DNA from: the human T2T-CHM13v2.0 reference genome, Homo sapiens
Assembly: GCF_009914755.1 (NCBI RefSeq)
Contig: NC_060930.1
Direction: 5' to 3' (one strand)
Length of the DNA stretch: 64,000 bases
In this document: positions 50,946 through 64,000 of the stretch, one piece after another
How positions within the stretch are numbered: the stretch's first letter is position 1
Layout: each line of letters begins with the position of its first letter
Notes under the pieces: generated by a model
The model's database searches: none
What the model was told of the DNA's origin: nothing
The model's input: the letters and a program-made list of their open reading frames with translations, nothing else
Position numbers and translations under genes: made by a program

Positions 50946-51639
50946 AAGTTGTATGTGGTGCTTATTTTTATACTTTCCAAAATATAGATTATGAAAAATA
51001 AAAGTAAAAGGGGCTGTCTACTCTCCTACCACCCTCATGCTCTATGCTGTTCTGATTGTTCCTCCAGAGAGAATGAGAGACAGAAACAGAGACAGAGAAA
51101 TGGATAGACAGAGGTGTAGGCACATAATTCGATGTAGATATTTACATGCAGATATATAAATAAAATGTAAAGAATTTTGCTCATTCTTTACTATCCACTA
51201 CTGTCCAGATTTTGCCCTTTGTTCCTCATAATCTAGGTATGAGCTCCCCCTTCTCATGCAGACCCCAGCACACCTGCTGACTCCCCGATAAAAATGCAAA
51301 TGTGAAAAGCACTGGCCAAAAAGAAAACAAACATTATACAAATTTAGTGAAAAGGGGGCAATGTTAACAACATAGAGGAGGCAATGTAAAGAAATAAAAA
51401 AGCCTTAGACATTTCTCTTGATCTAAAATCTCTCTGTGCCAAACTATCACAAAAGGAATAGGGAAGATTTGAGAAAAAGGGACAAAAATGAGAAGGGGAT
51501 TTTATTTCTTATCATTCCTCTGTGGAGCACCCCCAGTTATGACCCCATTTTTAGATTTTCCCTTGAAAATTTCGTTTATTATCCATTTATTTTGAAATGC
51601 AGCCTCCCTCTTCCTTTGAAAACCAGATGGGAGACACCT

Positions 51640-51737
51640 GAAGATGTCCTTGTTCTTATTCATATTTATATCCACATAGCCCAAATACATGGGGCCCCAA
51701 AGTATCAAATGGTTGCTGAATGAATGTGTGAATGAAA
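51640..51737 (+). mobile_element. L2 3' terminus
   Basis: tgttcttattcatatttatatccacatagcc...caaatggttgctgaatgaatg. Confidence 0.5.
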
Positions 51738-51794
51738 AAACGAATGTGTGGAAAGACTGTGTAATCTTAAAATGGTCAAAATAAAATAACCACT

Positions 51795-52138
51795 TGTCCA
51801 TTTTCATGCTGCTGATAAAGACATATCCAAGACTGGGCAATTTACAAAACAAAGAGGTTTATTGGTCTTACAGTTCCATACGGCTGGGCAGGCCTCAAAA
51901 CCATGGAGGAAGGTGAAAGGCACATCTCACATGGTGGCAGGCAGACAAGAGAAGAGAGTTTGCGTGGGGAAACTCCTGTTTTTATATAACCATCAGATCT
52001 CGTGAGACTTATTCACTATCATGAGAACAGCCCGGGAAAGTCATGCTCCAATGATCCCATTACCTCCCATTGGATCCCTCCCACAACACGTGGGAATTCA
52101 AGATGAGATTTGGGTGCGGACACAGCCAAACCATATCA
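51795..52138 (-). mobile_element. THE1A/B-like MaLR solo LTR
   Basis: gtccattttcatgctgctgataaagacatatccaagactgggcaatttac...gggaattcaagatgagatttgggtgcggacacagccaaaccatatca; TSD ccact / tcact. Confidence 0.92.
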
Positions 52139-52247
52139 TCACTCTAGAGTGGAGAGTGAAACAATGACAGATTTTATATTGTTATTTCTACTAGTTTGAC
52201 ATGAGCTGGATAAAAAATATTTTCATAAGTAATGAACATTCATTCAT

Positions 52248-52352
52248 TATCTCTTGAAAGTAGGAATCTATCATCCATTTTCTTTATATACTCAGTATCT
52301 GATACAGTGTCTGGCCTATAGAAGGTACATAACAAATGTTTTTTCAACTGAA
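52248..52352 (+). mobile_element. L2 3' terminus
   Basis: ctcttgaaagtaggaatct...cagtatctgatacagtgtctggcctatagaaggtacataacaaatgtt. Confidence 0.6.
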
Positions 52353-55300
52353 GTACTACTTAATCATTATCTCAGTATCCCACGAAAATCGCAAAAACAT
52401 TAAAGTCCAGATGGTCAGATGACCTCTGCTTGTAGAGGAAGATCCACATATTGTTAATGAAATACGCTGTGATAAAATATGAATTTTTCCTTGTGAATTA
52501 AGTAGATGATCTCAGGTCAAAAACAGAGTGGCTACTTATTATTTCTGTCCTATAGCAAGTTTTATTTTTATTGTTTAAAGTATCATGTCAATAGGTGGTG
52601 ATGATCTAGCTGGAAATAAGACAAACATTAAAAATTATTTTGGAAAAGAAGACAATTTACAGATTCTAAAAACTGAATACTTTTATATAGTGTTTTTAGT
52701 GTTTATATATAGTGTTTATGATCATATACCTAGACAGTAAAAAAATGTAGCATAAGAGAGACAAACACTTTTAAGTTTAACCCAATCTCCTCTAAATACA
52801 TCATTTGTTTATTTTTTTATTTTTTATTTTTTACAATATCACATATAATTTCCATTCCATATAATTCTTTTTAAAAAATATTATATAGTACTTTCTTTAT
52901 TATGATATGTATTTTTTATTTTATTATTATTATACTTTATGTTGTCTTTATCCAGGGTTGTCCTCAGTAAAAACTGAGAAATAGGAAGACTGTACTTGAA
53001 TAGAGGGAGCTGGGGTTTCCTGCTCCCTTCTTATGGTAACCTGCGCTGGAACAGTCACTCACTAAGCCTGTCCTCTTCAAGTCTGGCATCCTTCCATAAG
53101 CATGAAATCTTGTGAACCTCATCCTTCTTTTCACTGCTTACTCATCCTCTGTCTCACCCTTTGGGGACCTTCTAGGATTGCTTTGCTTTCCAAAATGATG
53201 ACTAGCTTCTGCTTTGTGTTCAGATATCGTTTGAGAATAATGGCTCATATGTTATAATATGTTAATACATTATATAATATGGCATTACATTAAATAGCCG
53301 CAATGCTTGCAATCACAGCAACAGTGCAGCCTCCTGCTATCATAAATCACATTTATTCAGCTTCTTTTGGAGCTGGTCCAGTGGCAAGAGGAAAAAAATC
53401 TAGGAATAGAAAAAGGTGGCAAAAAACACTCTTAAAACGATTGTCTGATATATGCTTCTTCAAACATTGTTTGACCCATGCAATGGCCAAATTCTTTTCT
53501 AAGATTTTGCATTTGCTTCATATTGGTGGTGGCTATAAGAAACTTTTTAATATGTGTCTCAAACGGTAGATAAAAAGAAATTGAGTCAGAATTATTATCT
53601 GCAATAAAAGCAGCTCAGGGTGAGGAGGGCTCTGTAGCTGGTGAATATCGCAGCTGCCTGAGTAAGCACATAGGATAGCAAATTCTTTTAGAGACCTCCT
53701 AAAATGCTGTTACATCACATGGTGCATTTGTTCTTGTGACCAGGTCAGTTTTCAGTTCAAGTAATTATATTTTGTGGACCTAATATTCCTGATGCCATTC
53801 CAGTTTTAGAATGTACTGTTGGCTTCTTCACCTTCAGGAAAACTCCTAGCAGACAGCTGTGCTGTACTGTTGACACCACGGGCTGATCTTCATAACTGCA
53901 GTGCTCAGACAATGAGCAGTTCATCAAGACACAGAGACTGCTTTCCTTTGCAAGTCATACACATAGGAAATATGAATAATTGCCACCGGAAGAATTTGTT
54001 TCCGTCTTATTTCTAAAGCAAAGCATTTTCTGTGTTTTCGCTGTTTGTATACATTTGCTGTTTACTATATTAAAGTAGTTTATACTGTAGCATGGGGGGA
54101 AAATTAATTGATAGAGATTTCAGCTTGGTTTTTGACCATCCAAAATTCTTAACTCAGACAGACATTTCATTTTTCTAAACTGGACATTCTGCAGAGATAA
54201 ATGAAGACAGATGGCATCACCTCGAAGCTGGTTATCCTGATGAAAGATCTCAGGGAGTCGCAGCTGTAAGCAACTGTGACCCTTTGACATCTTACATGGA
54301 GACAGGTTTGGAGAGAGAAGGGAGGCAGCATGTTCACCCAGCTGCGGCTCTGATATGAATGCTGACAGCGTTGCTGGGATTATTTTTTGTTTAAACTCTG
54401 CATCCCATTAGTTCTGATATGAAAAGCTGATCTTGTGACTGTAATGTATGCACGTTTCTGCCACCAGGAAAAAGCACAGTCTGATTGAGCAAGGTAGAAT
54501 CCAACACCATTCAGCCCAAATAACCTAAAACCCCAACCCTGATTGTGTCATGTCATATATTTTAAGAACCCAGTCCAGGCTGTTACATCAAGTAATATCG
54601 AATCAACAGACAGTTAAAATAATGACAATGGGGCTATCTGAAAAAATAAAAGCCATTTGGCCCCTGTAACTGTCAGGCTATTAATGTAGAAAATGAATGT
54701 CTGGGGTTGTTTTCCTGACACTGGAGAAACATTCCAATGAGCAATGATAAATTGGAAGGTGAGGGGAAAATCTCTTATCTCTACATAGACTAAAAAGCAG
54801 TTGACAACTGTTCCTACATTCTCTGTGTGCAGTCAGATAAAGAGTGCACGATTGGTTTCCCCTGGAATCTTACACTGAGGGTTTTTGCCTCATTCGGAGT
54901 GAATATTTGCTCAGAGAGCCAAAATAACACAGATAAACACATGGAAATACATTTGTGTAAAATATGGGGAGTCGACAAGAGTGAGGTCCTTTAGAAGGAT
55001 TTAGGGAGGGGACTGGGAAAAACAGGGAGCACATTGTGTGGATGTTCTCATGAATTATTTTTAATGGCCCAGACTGGGAACACTTTTGAATATATTAGGA
55101 TGGGCATTAAGTAGAACAGTCAATTTCTTTCAATACTGATGCAGTTTATCCATCAACAGGTAGATGAGATTTCAATGTGAAATGAATCATGAAAGTTAAA
55201 GTAAGTAACATATGGGATGTTAAAATTAATTATCATTCTACTCATTAGAGTGCATATAATGAACAAAACAGTCATTAAAATTATTTATCAAATTGAATAC

Positions 55301-56509
55301 AGAAAATAAAATGCACATTTACTGGGTGATAATATTTTCATCAATGTTATCAATCAAAATATGTGTCCTCTCTTTTGCCTAGAAAAGAGTAAAAATAACA
55401 TAAATAGTATAAGCCTCTGTTTCATCTATTAAATAAGAGTAACAATATCGTAGATCACTGTCATGAAAATTAGACTAATTGGATTTATTCCAGGCATTTG
55501 TTTGGTGCCCTGCTATGAGTGTTCCTTGTCTTGTGCCCTCCAGCAGACAGCATGGTCCTTCCCACATCCTGAGAGCCTCCTGGTTCCTGCCATGGCTCCC
55601 TGGCTAACCCTGACATGTGCAGGCGACTCTCTTACCCTCTCCTAACACGAGTTTGCTCAGTGATCAGATTTAAGCTGGCTTTTAAGAAACTGTGATATTA
55701 AACATGTTAATCTGGTCTTCCAAGTCAGAATTTCTAATGAGGACAATGGGTTCCAAGCACTCCTCCTATGTTCTAAAGAGAAACACAAGCCACAGCAAAC
55801 AGGGCAGGGACAAGATGAAAAATCTCGAGCTCTTCTCATCCCATGTTCAGGAGATTGATCAAGAAGGGAAGAAAAACACTGATGGTGAAGATTTTCATGG
55901 AGAGTGTTCTTAAGAGTACAGCATGTCCTCTGCCCCCACCCAGGCTCAGGTTGTAGTCCTCCTAATCCAAACCAGGTGAAGGAGAGCATGGCCTTCATCC
56001 CATAAAATTTAAAAGACACATAGACTGAGTATCTGACCCTAATGAGAAAATATCTAAAAGCAACAGGTGGATGGAGCTGTCTGTGATGAACTGTGAGAAA
56101 AGATGAATACCTTGACAGTGGCTGGCCAAGTGCCCCACATGGGCCAGTGTGGTCGCCATGGACAGTAGCCCATAAACTGTCTGCCATAAAGAGGCCATTT
56201 CAAACCACAGCCTTCCAGGGAGAGGTGATATCCACAGAAAGGGTCCATGTGAAGTGCACCTCAAGATGCAGACGGTGAGAGGAGCTGTCACCTTGAGAAG
56301 CAGCAAGGGGATGAGCTGTCTTGAAAGGACCACAAGTACACCCTGCAAGTACTAAACACCAGAGCATCAATACCAGATTGCAAGGGCACCAGTCAACCAA
56401 GACCTTGACATTCTCAGAACTCTTCTCCTCTCCCAATTCATAGCAAAAAGATAAAAGCAAACCATAGGTTCTTCCTCACTATAGGCTTCTGGGCCTGAGT
56501 CAGGCCAGA

Positions 56510-57008
56510 AGATACACTGTATAATAATCCACTTAAGTATTTTTAAACAGCAACTGTTGACTGGCTAACACTCCTGTGAGTCAGCAATTTGGACAGGTGC
56601 AGATGGGCTGCTCTTCTGGTCCTCTCTAGGCTCACTCGTGTACTAGTGCTCAGCTGCTGGGTCGGCTGGAGGCTTCTGGATCTTGCATGGTCTTGGCTGT
56701 GGTAGCTCCTCTCTCCTCCACACAGTCTCTCATCCTCCAGTGGGTAGCATTATGAGGGTTGGATAGTAACCCCAAAGTGCTGGCAGAAGCACACTTGGCC
56801 TCTTGCTTCCTGGACTCAGAACTGAAACAACATCACCCCTGCTGCATTCCTTGAGTGAGAGTTAGTCACAGGGTCAAGCCTGATCCATGGGGTAGACAAA
56901 CAGATGTCATCTCTTCATCTCTTCATGGGAGGAGCTTCGAGATCACATTGCAGAGCCATGAATCCAGAACAGGCAATATTTGGGGCCACTCCTGACATCA
57001 GTACCATG
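56510..57008 (-). mobile_element. MLT1H-like LTR
   Basis: ctgtgagtcagcaatttggacagg...gtctctcatcctccag...ggactcagaactgaaacaacatcacccctgctgcattcc...gggaggagcttcgagatcacattgca. Confidence 0.7.
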
Positions 57009-57029
57009 GTTGCTGACGCATGGTGAACA

Positions 57030-58350
57030 CTGTGGGAGAGACGAGCAAGGGCCTGACCATTTAGGGGTATGGGCCTGGGAAGGAGATGGAGTCTTTTTTC
57101 TAAGTGCAGTGGAAGCCACTGTACGTTAGTGTGATTTACAGTTTTGAAATATTACTTAGCGATGCTACATGGGGAGTAGGTTGCAAAAGGGCCAGAGCAG
57201 AAGCATAATGATAAGTTGAAAGCAATTGCACTGATACAGGCAATGTTTATTTGACGGTGTCTTGGATGAGCAGCCACAGAGCTGGAGAAAATTCAATTAA
57301 AGGAAATATTTTATAAGTAGAGCAGGAAATACTTTATAAAGAGACTCATAGGACTGGATGATGTATTCACTGTAGGAGGCTCTGGAAAGAGAGGAATCCA
57401 GGAGGATACCTAGAGCTTTATGTGCTGGGTAAGTTGTGGTACAATTCACTAAGAAGTGGGAAAGCAGGAAAGGAGCTGTGGGTTTAGTAAAGCAATTCGA
57501 TCTCTCTTTTGTACATATTAAGTTCCTGATGTCTCTTATTCAAATAGCAATGCCAAGTAAGCAATTAAACTTATGTGTCTAGAGGTCATCAGAGTGTTTA
57601 GAACTAGAGTCATCAGCATACTCATATTTTAAAACACGAAAACGTATTTGCTGACCCATGGAGAGAATGCAGATAGAGAATGAGGTCCAGACCAAACTTT
57701 ATAAAAACCAAATATTCAGAGGTTATCTGGAAGACAAGCCAGCACACGGGACCGAGGCGGACCCAGTGAACTCATCAGGCAGTCACAAATGAAAGGAAAC
57801 CTTGGCACCACTGACACATTGAGCAAGAGAACACTTTTTTTGTGAGGACTCCCTGGCCTCTACACACCAGATGCAGGAGTACTCCCTTCACCATGAGGGA
57901 CAAAAAAAATATGTCTTTAGACATGGCCAAGGCACCCCTGGAGGGCAAAATTATAACCACTGCTCTAGATGAAAGAAGTTGCCAACTGCATCAGACACGA
58001 CTGAACAATCAACTGTGCAGTGATAAGAGGAGTGACCACAGGCTCTGGCCATATGGCCATTGTGTCCCCACAGAAGCTGTTTCAGTGTCACATTGAGAAA
58101 GGCAACTGGATCAGATTGGGTTGCAGAGTCAGTAAGAGGTGAAGAACTGAAGATAAAAATGTAGGCAGTTCTTTAGAAATGACTTGCTGTGACAGAGAAC
58201 AATTAGAGCTTTAGCTGGAAGGGCACTTGAGGTAAGGAAAGGGGCTTTTCAAGGGAGATGTTAGAACATGTTTGCATCTGATAGGAATAATTCTGCAGAG
58301 AGGAATAATTAGTAGTTCAGGAGATTGTGAGTGGAATACAGAGTGCAAAG
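57030..58350 (-). mobile_element. L2 ORF-region remnant
   Basis: ttttctaagtgcagtggaagccactg, attaagttcctgatgtct, agagtcatcagcata, gttagaacatgtttgcatctgatagg; purine-rich antisense L2. Confidence 0.7.
57798..57963 (-). mobile_element. MER20 hAT-Charlie fossil, internally deleted
   Basis: aaccttggcaccactgaca...ccctggcctctacacaccagatgc...tgtctttagacatggccaaggcacccctggagggcaaaatt...aaccactg. Confidence 0.75.
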
Positions 58351-58930
58351 GTCCTGACCCTGGAGAGGCTCCTAACACAGGTAAAAGGGGAGGAACAGAG
58401 GCTGCAGGAGCTGCAGGCACTGCTGTGGCTCCGGTTGTGGCAAGATGACGGGGTCCCAGCAGACCACTGCTCACAGGGGACTTGTCTTTAAGAGGGGCCA
58501 GATTCACTCTGAGAGGCTGAGTCTGCAATTCAAGGCTTTCTTCTAATTCTCCCCTTCTCCAGCTATATCTGCAGCAGTGCAGCACGAACAGTATCTGTCC
58601 AAATGCACAAGTCATTTCTTTAACTAACTAAGCTCTATGGTAGCTTTGAACAGCTTTATTCAGAAACTTTCTGGGCTATTTTCCTCATGTTTGCAGTTCC
58701 CCACTTTACCTGCTGCCACACCTTTCCCCTTTACAGGCATCCCTTCCTAATCCACGATCAAGCTGGTACCACCAGCCCACCTGAGAATTTCTCTTTTATT
58801 CCTTCTAGTGAACACTATTGACTGAAAGCTGACCGGGTTAGTATAATCCCCCATTTTACCCATACCTTTCTTCATGCAATAGCAAACTTAAAATTTAAAT
58901 AGGTTAGAGAAAATGAAATAGTAGGGATAT

Positions 58931-59353
58931 TGTATTTGCCAGGGCTCTCCAGGGAAATAGAGCCCCTAGGATATCTGGAAAGAGGGTTATTGTAAGGAAT
59001 TGGCTCCACACTTAGGGAGGCTGACAAGTACCTCTATCTGCAGTTGGCAAGCTGGGGACCCAGGGCTCTCACTTCAGTTACAGCCTGAAGGCAGGAAGGG
59101 CCAATGTCCCAGCTCAAGGCAGGCAGGAGAAAGAATTCCCTGTTTCTCACGGGAGGTGAGCTTTTTGGATCCATTCAGGCCTTTGATGAATGAGGCCCAC
59201 TACCACTGGGAAGGGCCATCTGCTTCACTCAGCCCATGGATTCAAATGTTCAACTCATCCGAAAGCCCCTTGACAGATCTACCCAGAATAATACCTGACC
59301 CAATGTCAAGGCACCCTATGGCTCAGTCAAGTTGACATAAATTAACTATGACA
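58931..59353 (-). mobile_element. ERVL solo LTR, MLT2B/C-like
   Basis: tgtatttgccagggctctccagggaaatagagcc...taaggaattggctc...ggctcagtcaagttgacataaattaactatgaca. Confidence 0.85.
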
Positions 59354-59467
59354 GGTGTTATGGGAGAAAAGGAGCAAACTGGAAGGGAAACAAGCCCAGG
59401 AGTTGTCTTTCCTAGAGAGATGCCCCCCAATTCAGTCACTGGTACCACCTGCTCAGAGCTTCACCTT

Positions 59468-59800
59468 TGCAATGGACCAATTGTTTACGGCTGCCTCAAA
59501 TTCCTATGTTGAAATTCTAACCCCCAAGTTTGATGATATAGGAAGTGAGGCCTTTGGGTGGTGATTAGGTCATGAATGGAATTAGTGTCCTCGGAGACCC
59601 CATAGAACTTCCTCGCTCCTTTCCACCATGTGAGGACACAGCCAAAAGTGGGACACCTATGAACCAGGAAGTGAGTTTGGCCAAAGTCCAAATCTACCAG
59701 CACCCTGATCTTGGACTTCCCAGGCTCCAGATAAATATCTGATGTTTACAGCCACCCAGTCTGTGGTGTTCCGTTACAGCAGTCCAGCTAGACCAAGACC
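59468..59800 (+). mobile_element. MLT1A/MLT1A0-like LTR
   Basis: aaattcctatgttgaaattctaacccccaa...ccaccatgtgaggacacagc...caccctgatcttggacttccca...gccacccagtctgtggt. Confidence 0.85.
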
Positions 59801-60789
59801 CTGTGCAGGTCCAAGGCAGGATCATGTCAGGACAAAGATCCTGCTCAGGGCCCGTCCAGCCTCCATTCCTGACTTACTGTTCCATCCAAAATATTGCAGT
59901 GACAGCCTGTCAATATATTATTATAATCTTATGAGCCTCTTCACCTGCCTATAATATAAGACTTATTTCACAGAAACTAATGCTTCTACTCATGTAATAT
60001 ATCAGGCAATAGCTATGACATGGACAATATCCCAAAGCAACAGGCATCTGGAAATATACCATCCAGAGTAAGTCAGAGAGGGCCATGGGCCACCCTTTAG
60101 GGTCTATTCCACCTCCGTGTTTCAAGTTTCATGTGGTTATGATGTGAGCATGTGTATGCGTGGCCATGGTCCTTAGCTTTGGGGTTAACCAGACCTCTTT
60201 TCTACCCACCTGTTCTGAACCATGGTCTTGTTCCCACCATGCTCATGGGAGTCCTTGTCTCACGACGCTCTGGTTCCACTGATAAAACACAGACTCAGTT
60301 TGTTTAACGATCCATTTGGAAATAGTCCTTCAAGTGATTAATGACAGCCGACAATAAGCATAAGTCAAATTAAATGTCCCTTCAGGTCATAAAAATGAGG
60401 TTGAGAGTCACAGATATTCCTCCTCCACACCCAAGTCCACTGGGACCTATAACCACCAGGTCAATTTTACCAGTGTTCCCATCAGGGAAGGGAACCCTGA
60501 AAACCAGTAGTATATGTGACATGTTATTCATGCCACTGAAGATGGCTTTGCCACCTAAGCCACACTTTTTGCACTTTTTTTTGATCCACTCAGTGTCATA
60601 TTACGTATTCGGGTCATAGACATTTTCCTCTGTGAGAAACAAGCTGGTCTATGTTAGATGAAGACCAACAATCATGACAGTGTTACATTAGCCCACGTTC
60701 TATCCCAAAGTAGTTGACACCCTGAAAAGGGAAAATGAGGAAAAGAGAATAGGTCCACATGCACATTTCAATGAGTCGTTCATTGCAAG

Positions 60790-61380
<591 letters not shown>

Positions 61381-62804
61381 CTGGATTTTTCTCAATAGGT
61401 AAACGTTTTTGGGGGAGAACAAAGTAACAGACCAATTCATTCAATCTCTCTTCTCTTAGAGAGAAGCGAGAAGGCCAAGGAATTTCTTCTCTTACACTCT
61501 TGTTTGCCTTGTCCCTTCTCCTAACTTCTACCTTAACATTTGCTTCCAACTCTAGTTTGATTGGGCTTTAGCCCAGCTGTTTCCTGAGGATCTATTTGCT
61601 ACTGGTTTATATTGGATGCAATTAAGTTGCCTTTTAAAAATTATGGTTTCTGACCTTATACCCAATTTCTAACTCATCCAAAATGTCTGTTTTATGTTAC
61701 ATTTTAATCCTCAATTCTCAGTACTGGCCGTTCATACCTTGTTCAAGTACGACTTGAGACTTCATTCGACTTCACACAGCCCTGTGAGCACTTGAGTGGT
61801 AACAAGGGGTTTCTGCCATTCATCCTAGTTGAATCACAGCTAAGTCACAAAGCCATTTGGACTCATTGCAAAACTTTTTTCTCTAACACTGAGTGGCACT
61901 GAACTGATTATGAGCATGTACTCACCCTGACCACATCATTACATGATTGCAACATCCTGAACAAACTCATTCTGCAGCACCATTGCCACGTCCACAGAAG
62001 CAAGCATTGCAGCCCTGTGTGTAGACCATACTGCACTGTGATGTCCTGAGCCCGCACTCAAGAACCTCTTCTGATTCAAACCTGGAAACACGCTGCTTCC
62101 CTACCTGACTGCCCGTCACTGATTTTCTTGTGTAAGTAGCTTTCAACTGCACTTGTGAGATAGAAAGAAACTAGAGATGATTTCTCCTCTGAAGACGGAA
62201 CCCTCAGGATTGCTGACACGTCATTCTTACACACCATGTCAGCCCATATTTCCCACCCCTGCAAAGGACATTGCATATCATCTGCTATGTTAAAGTATCC
62301 CCTTTTTCTATCACAGTACAAAGAAATCGCAAAGAAAAAATATATATAGATTAGGAAAGTCACAGGTACTCATCTCATGCAACTTATTTCATCTGGATGG
62401 AAGTGAACTCTTTCAGAGTCTTCCTTTTCAAATCTATCAGTCTACCATCACAGTGCCAAAGAGCTCTAGGAAATTAAAAAGATATTAAACGTGGCTTTTG
62501 TCCTCAAGGATCATACCCAGCTAAGAGAATAAAGCATATTTTCATAAAAAGTTACCTTCTCATAAATAGTACAAGCTAATATACCATGACTCAGAGAAAA
62601 GAGAAGATGACCTTAGTCTAAAGTGACCAGGACAAGGACAAAGAGAATAGATGAGAGGGGGTCTGTGCCCTAAAAATCAGCTCAAATTGAACTGATAGAA
62701 TGGAGGAGAGTGAGCATTCAGAGAACAACTGCAGAGTTAGGTAGCAGGGATCAGTGGGCATTTGACACACAGCATATGGCTGCTTGAGGTCAGAGGTTCA
62801 TCAG

Positions 62805-63185
62805 TTCATTCATTAATTAACCTATTACTTCAATAAATGTATTGAATGTGTTTAATACAATAGATAACATGTTAATTGGGTACAAGAAACACAACTGTGA
62901 ACCAAAACGAGGTAATTACTGCCCTCATGGAGCTGACATTTTAGGGGAAGAAACAGAAGCCAGACCACTTTGCTAATTAATAAATTATATCTTGTGTTAA
63001 GTAAGTGCTGGAAAGGAATGAAGCATGTTCTATAAAATTGGAGGGTGGCGGATGGGGGGACACTCCAAGAGGAGTGCTGGGAACAGCACACTGGGAAAGG
63101 GAACAGCAAATGTGAAGTCTCTGGGGAGCAAAGAACTCTCTGCACCTGGATAATGACAGTAGACTGGTGTGGCTTGCACCGAGGA
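62805..63185 (-). mobile_element. L2a-like 3' region; continues about 63540-63740
   Basis: ttcattcatt...caataaatgtattgaatg...ctgccctcatggagctgacattttagggg...gggaacagcaaatgtgaagtctctg. Confidence 0.75.
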
Positions 63186-63187
63186 GA

Positions 63188-63463
63188 TTTTGTTTTCTTT
63201 CTTTCTCTCCGTTTCTCCCTTTCTCCCTTTCTCTCTTTCGTTTCTCTTGCTCTGTCACCCAGGCTGGAATCAGTGACACAATCATGGCTTGTTGCAGCCT
63301 GACCTCCTGGGCTCAAGTGAGCCTTCTGCCTCAGCCTCCTGAGTAACTGGGACTACAGCATGCACATGTTGCCCAGGCTGGTCTCATACTGCGGACTCAA
63401 AGGATCTTCCCTCCTTGGCCTCCCAAAATGCTGGGATTACAGGGGTTATCCAGGACACCCAAT
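63188..63463 (-). mobile_element. AluJ-like element lacking the central linker; tail decayed to CT-rich repeat
   Basis: tcttgctctgtcacccaggctgga...ctgggctcaagtga...gggactacagcatgca|catgttgcccaggctggtctc...gctgggattacagg; flanks gaggagattt / gaggaggattt. Confidence 0.85.
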
Positions 63464-64000
63464 ACCCTAGAGGAGGATTTGAGAAGCACAGAGTCCAGGG
63501 CAGCAGCAGGCACAGCCCTGCCCCCTGCCGGAACGGGACTCACACGTGTTTTTATTCTAAGAGTAGTTAGAACACTTTGGACTATTGTAAGTCAGAAAGT
63601 GACATAATAAATGCATACTTTAAAGAGATCATTCATGTTGATAAGTGAGGAATAGAATGGAGCGGCACAAATGGAAGTCAAGAAACCAGTCATGTGACTA
63701 GTGCCAAAATTTGGAGGACAGATGTGGACTTTTTGAGGTGGTTTCCAGAAAAAAGGCCATCATTTTGATGTTAGAAGTAATTCTTGACAACATTTCAGCA
63801 TAAGACAAACCCTTTTATTTTTCTCAAGTGATACATCTGACTGTATCTGTAGACACAGAGAAAGATCAAGTGGTGAGGGAAAATTTTCAGGTAAAAGAGA
63901 GACAACAGGAAAAACTAAGAGAGTAAGATCTTAAAGAAGACAGAGATGCCAACTGGAAGGGTCAGCCTTTGAAAGAGGATGCTTCCTGCTTTGAGAGGCT

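Noticed and set aside
52908-52943. Ultra-short L1PA tail-like ttattattattatactttatgtt
   Set aside because: Too short and AT-rich; no convincing TSD.
55657-56187. 176-aa minus-strand ORF
   Set aside because: No recognisable domain or exon structure; overlapping ORFs in several frames suggest chance.
60590-60750. Strong minus-strand acceptor (ctcttttcctcattttcccttttcag|G at 60721)
   Set aside because: All three frames close quickly and no good donor follows; insufficient alone.

Overview
Primate, very probably human, non-coding DNA (intergenic or deep intronic). No protein-coding gene, RNA gene, CpG island or CRISPR-like array is supportable. Roughly half or more of the window is interspersed repeat: nine Alus (J, S, Y; eight on +), L1 remnants from old L1M to L1PA16-like and L1PA7-like, L2 and MIR fossils, MaLR LTRs (THE1, MST, MLT1), ERVL LTRs (MLT2), a 5'LTR(MLT2A1-like)-PBS(Leu)-gag-pro HERV-L stump, an LTR18-like solo LTR, and DNA transposon fossils (Tigger2a, MER6, MER3/33, MER5A, MER20). 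All listed ORFs are repeat-derived or look like chance. Most notable: (i) a perfect 36-bp-arm palindrome (6074-6146) inside a decayed L1 3'UTR, with two smaller template-switch-like scars nearby; (ii) an inverted, displaced segment inside a THE1D-like LTR whose junction is captured in an AluY target-site duplication; (iii) an AP-1/ARE/PAR-bZIP motif cluster across nested LTRs at 16.0-16.6 kb; (iv) an MLT2A1-like LTR retaining DUX4-like motif, TATA box and splice donor; (v) a cluster of + strand splice acceptors with a 119-nt candidate exon near 20.2 kb. I found no convincing novel biological system. Subfamily names come from recalled consensus sequences, and boundaries of old repeats are approximate.
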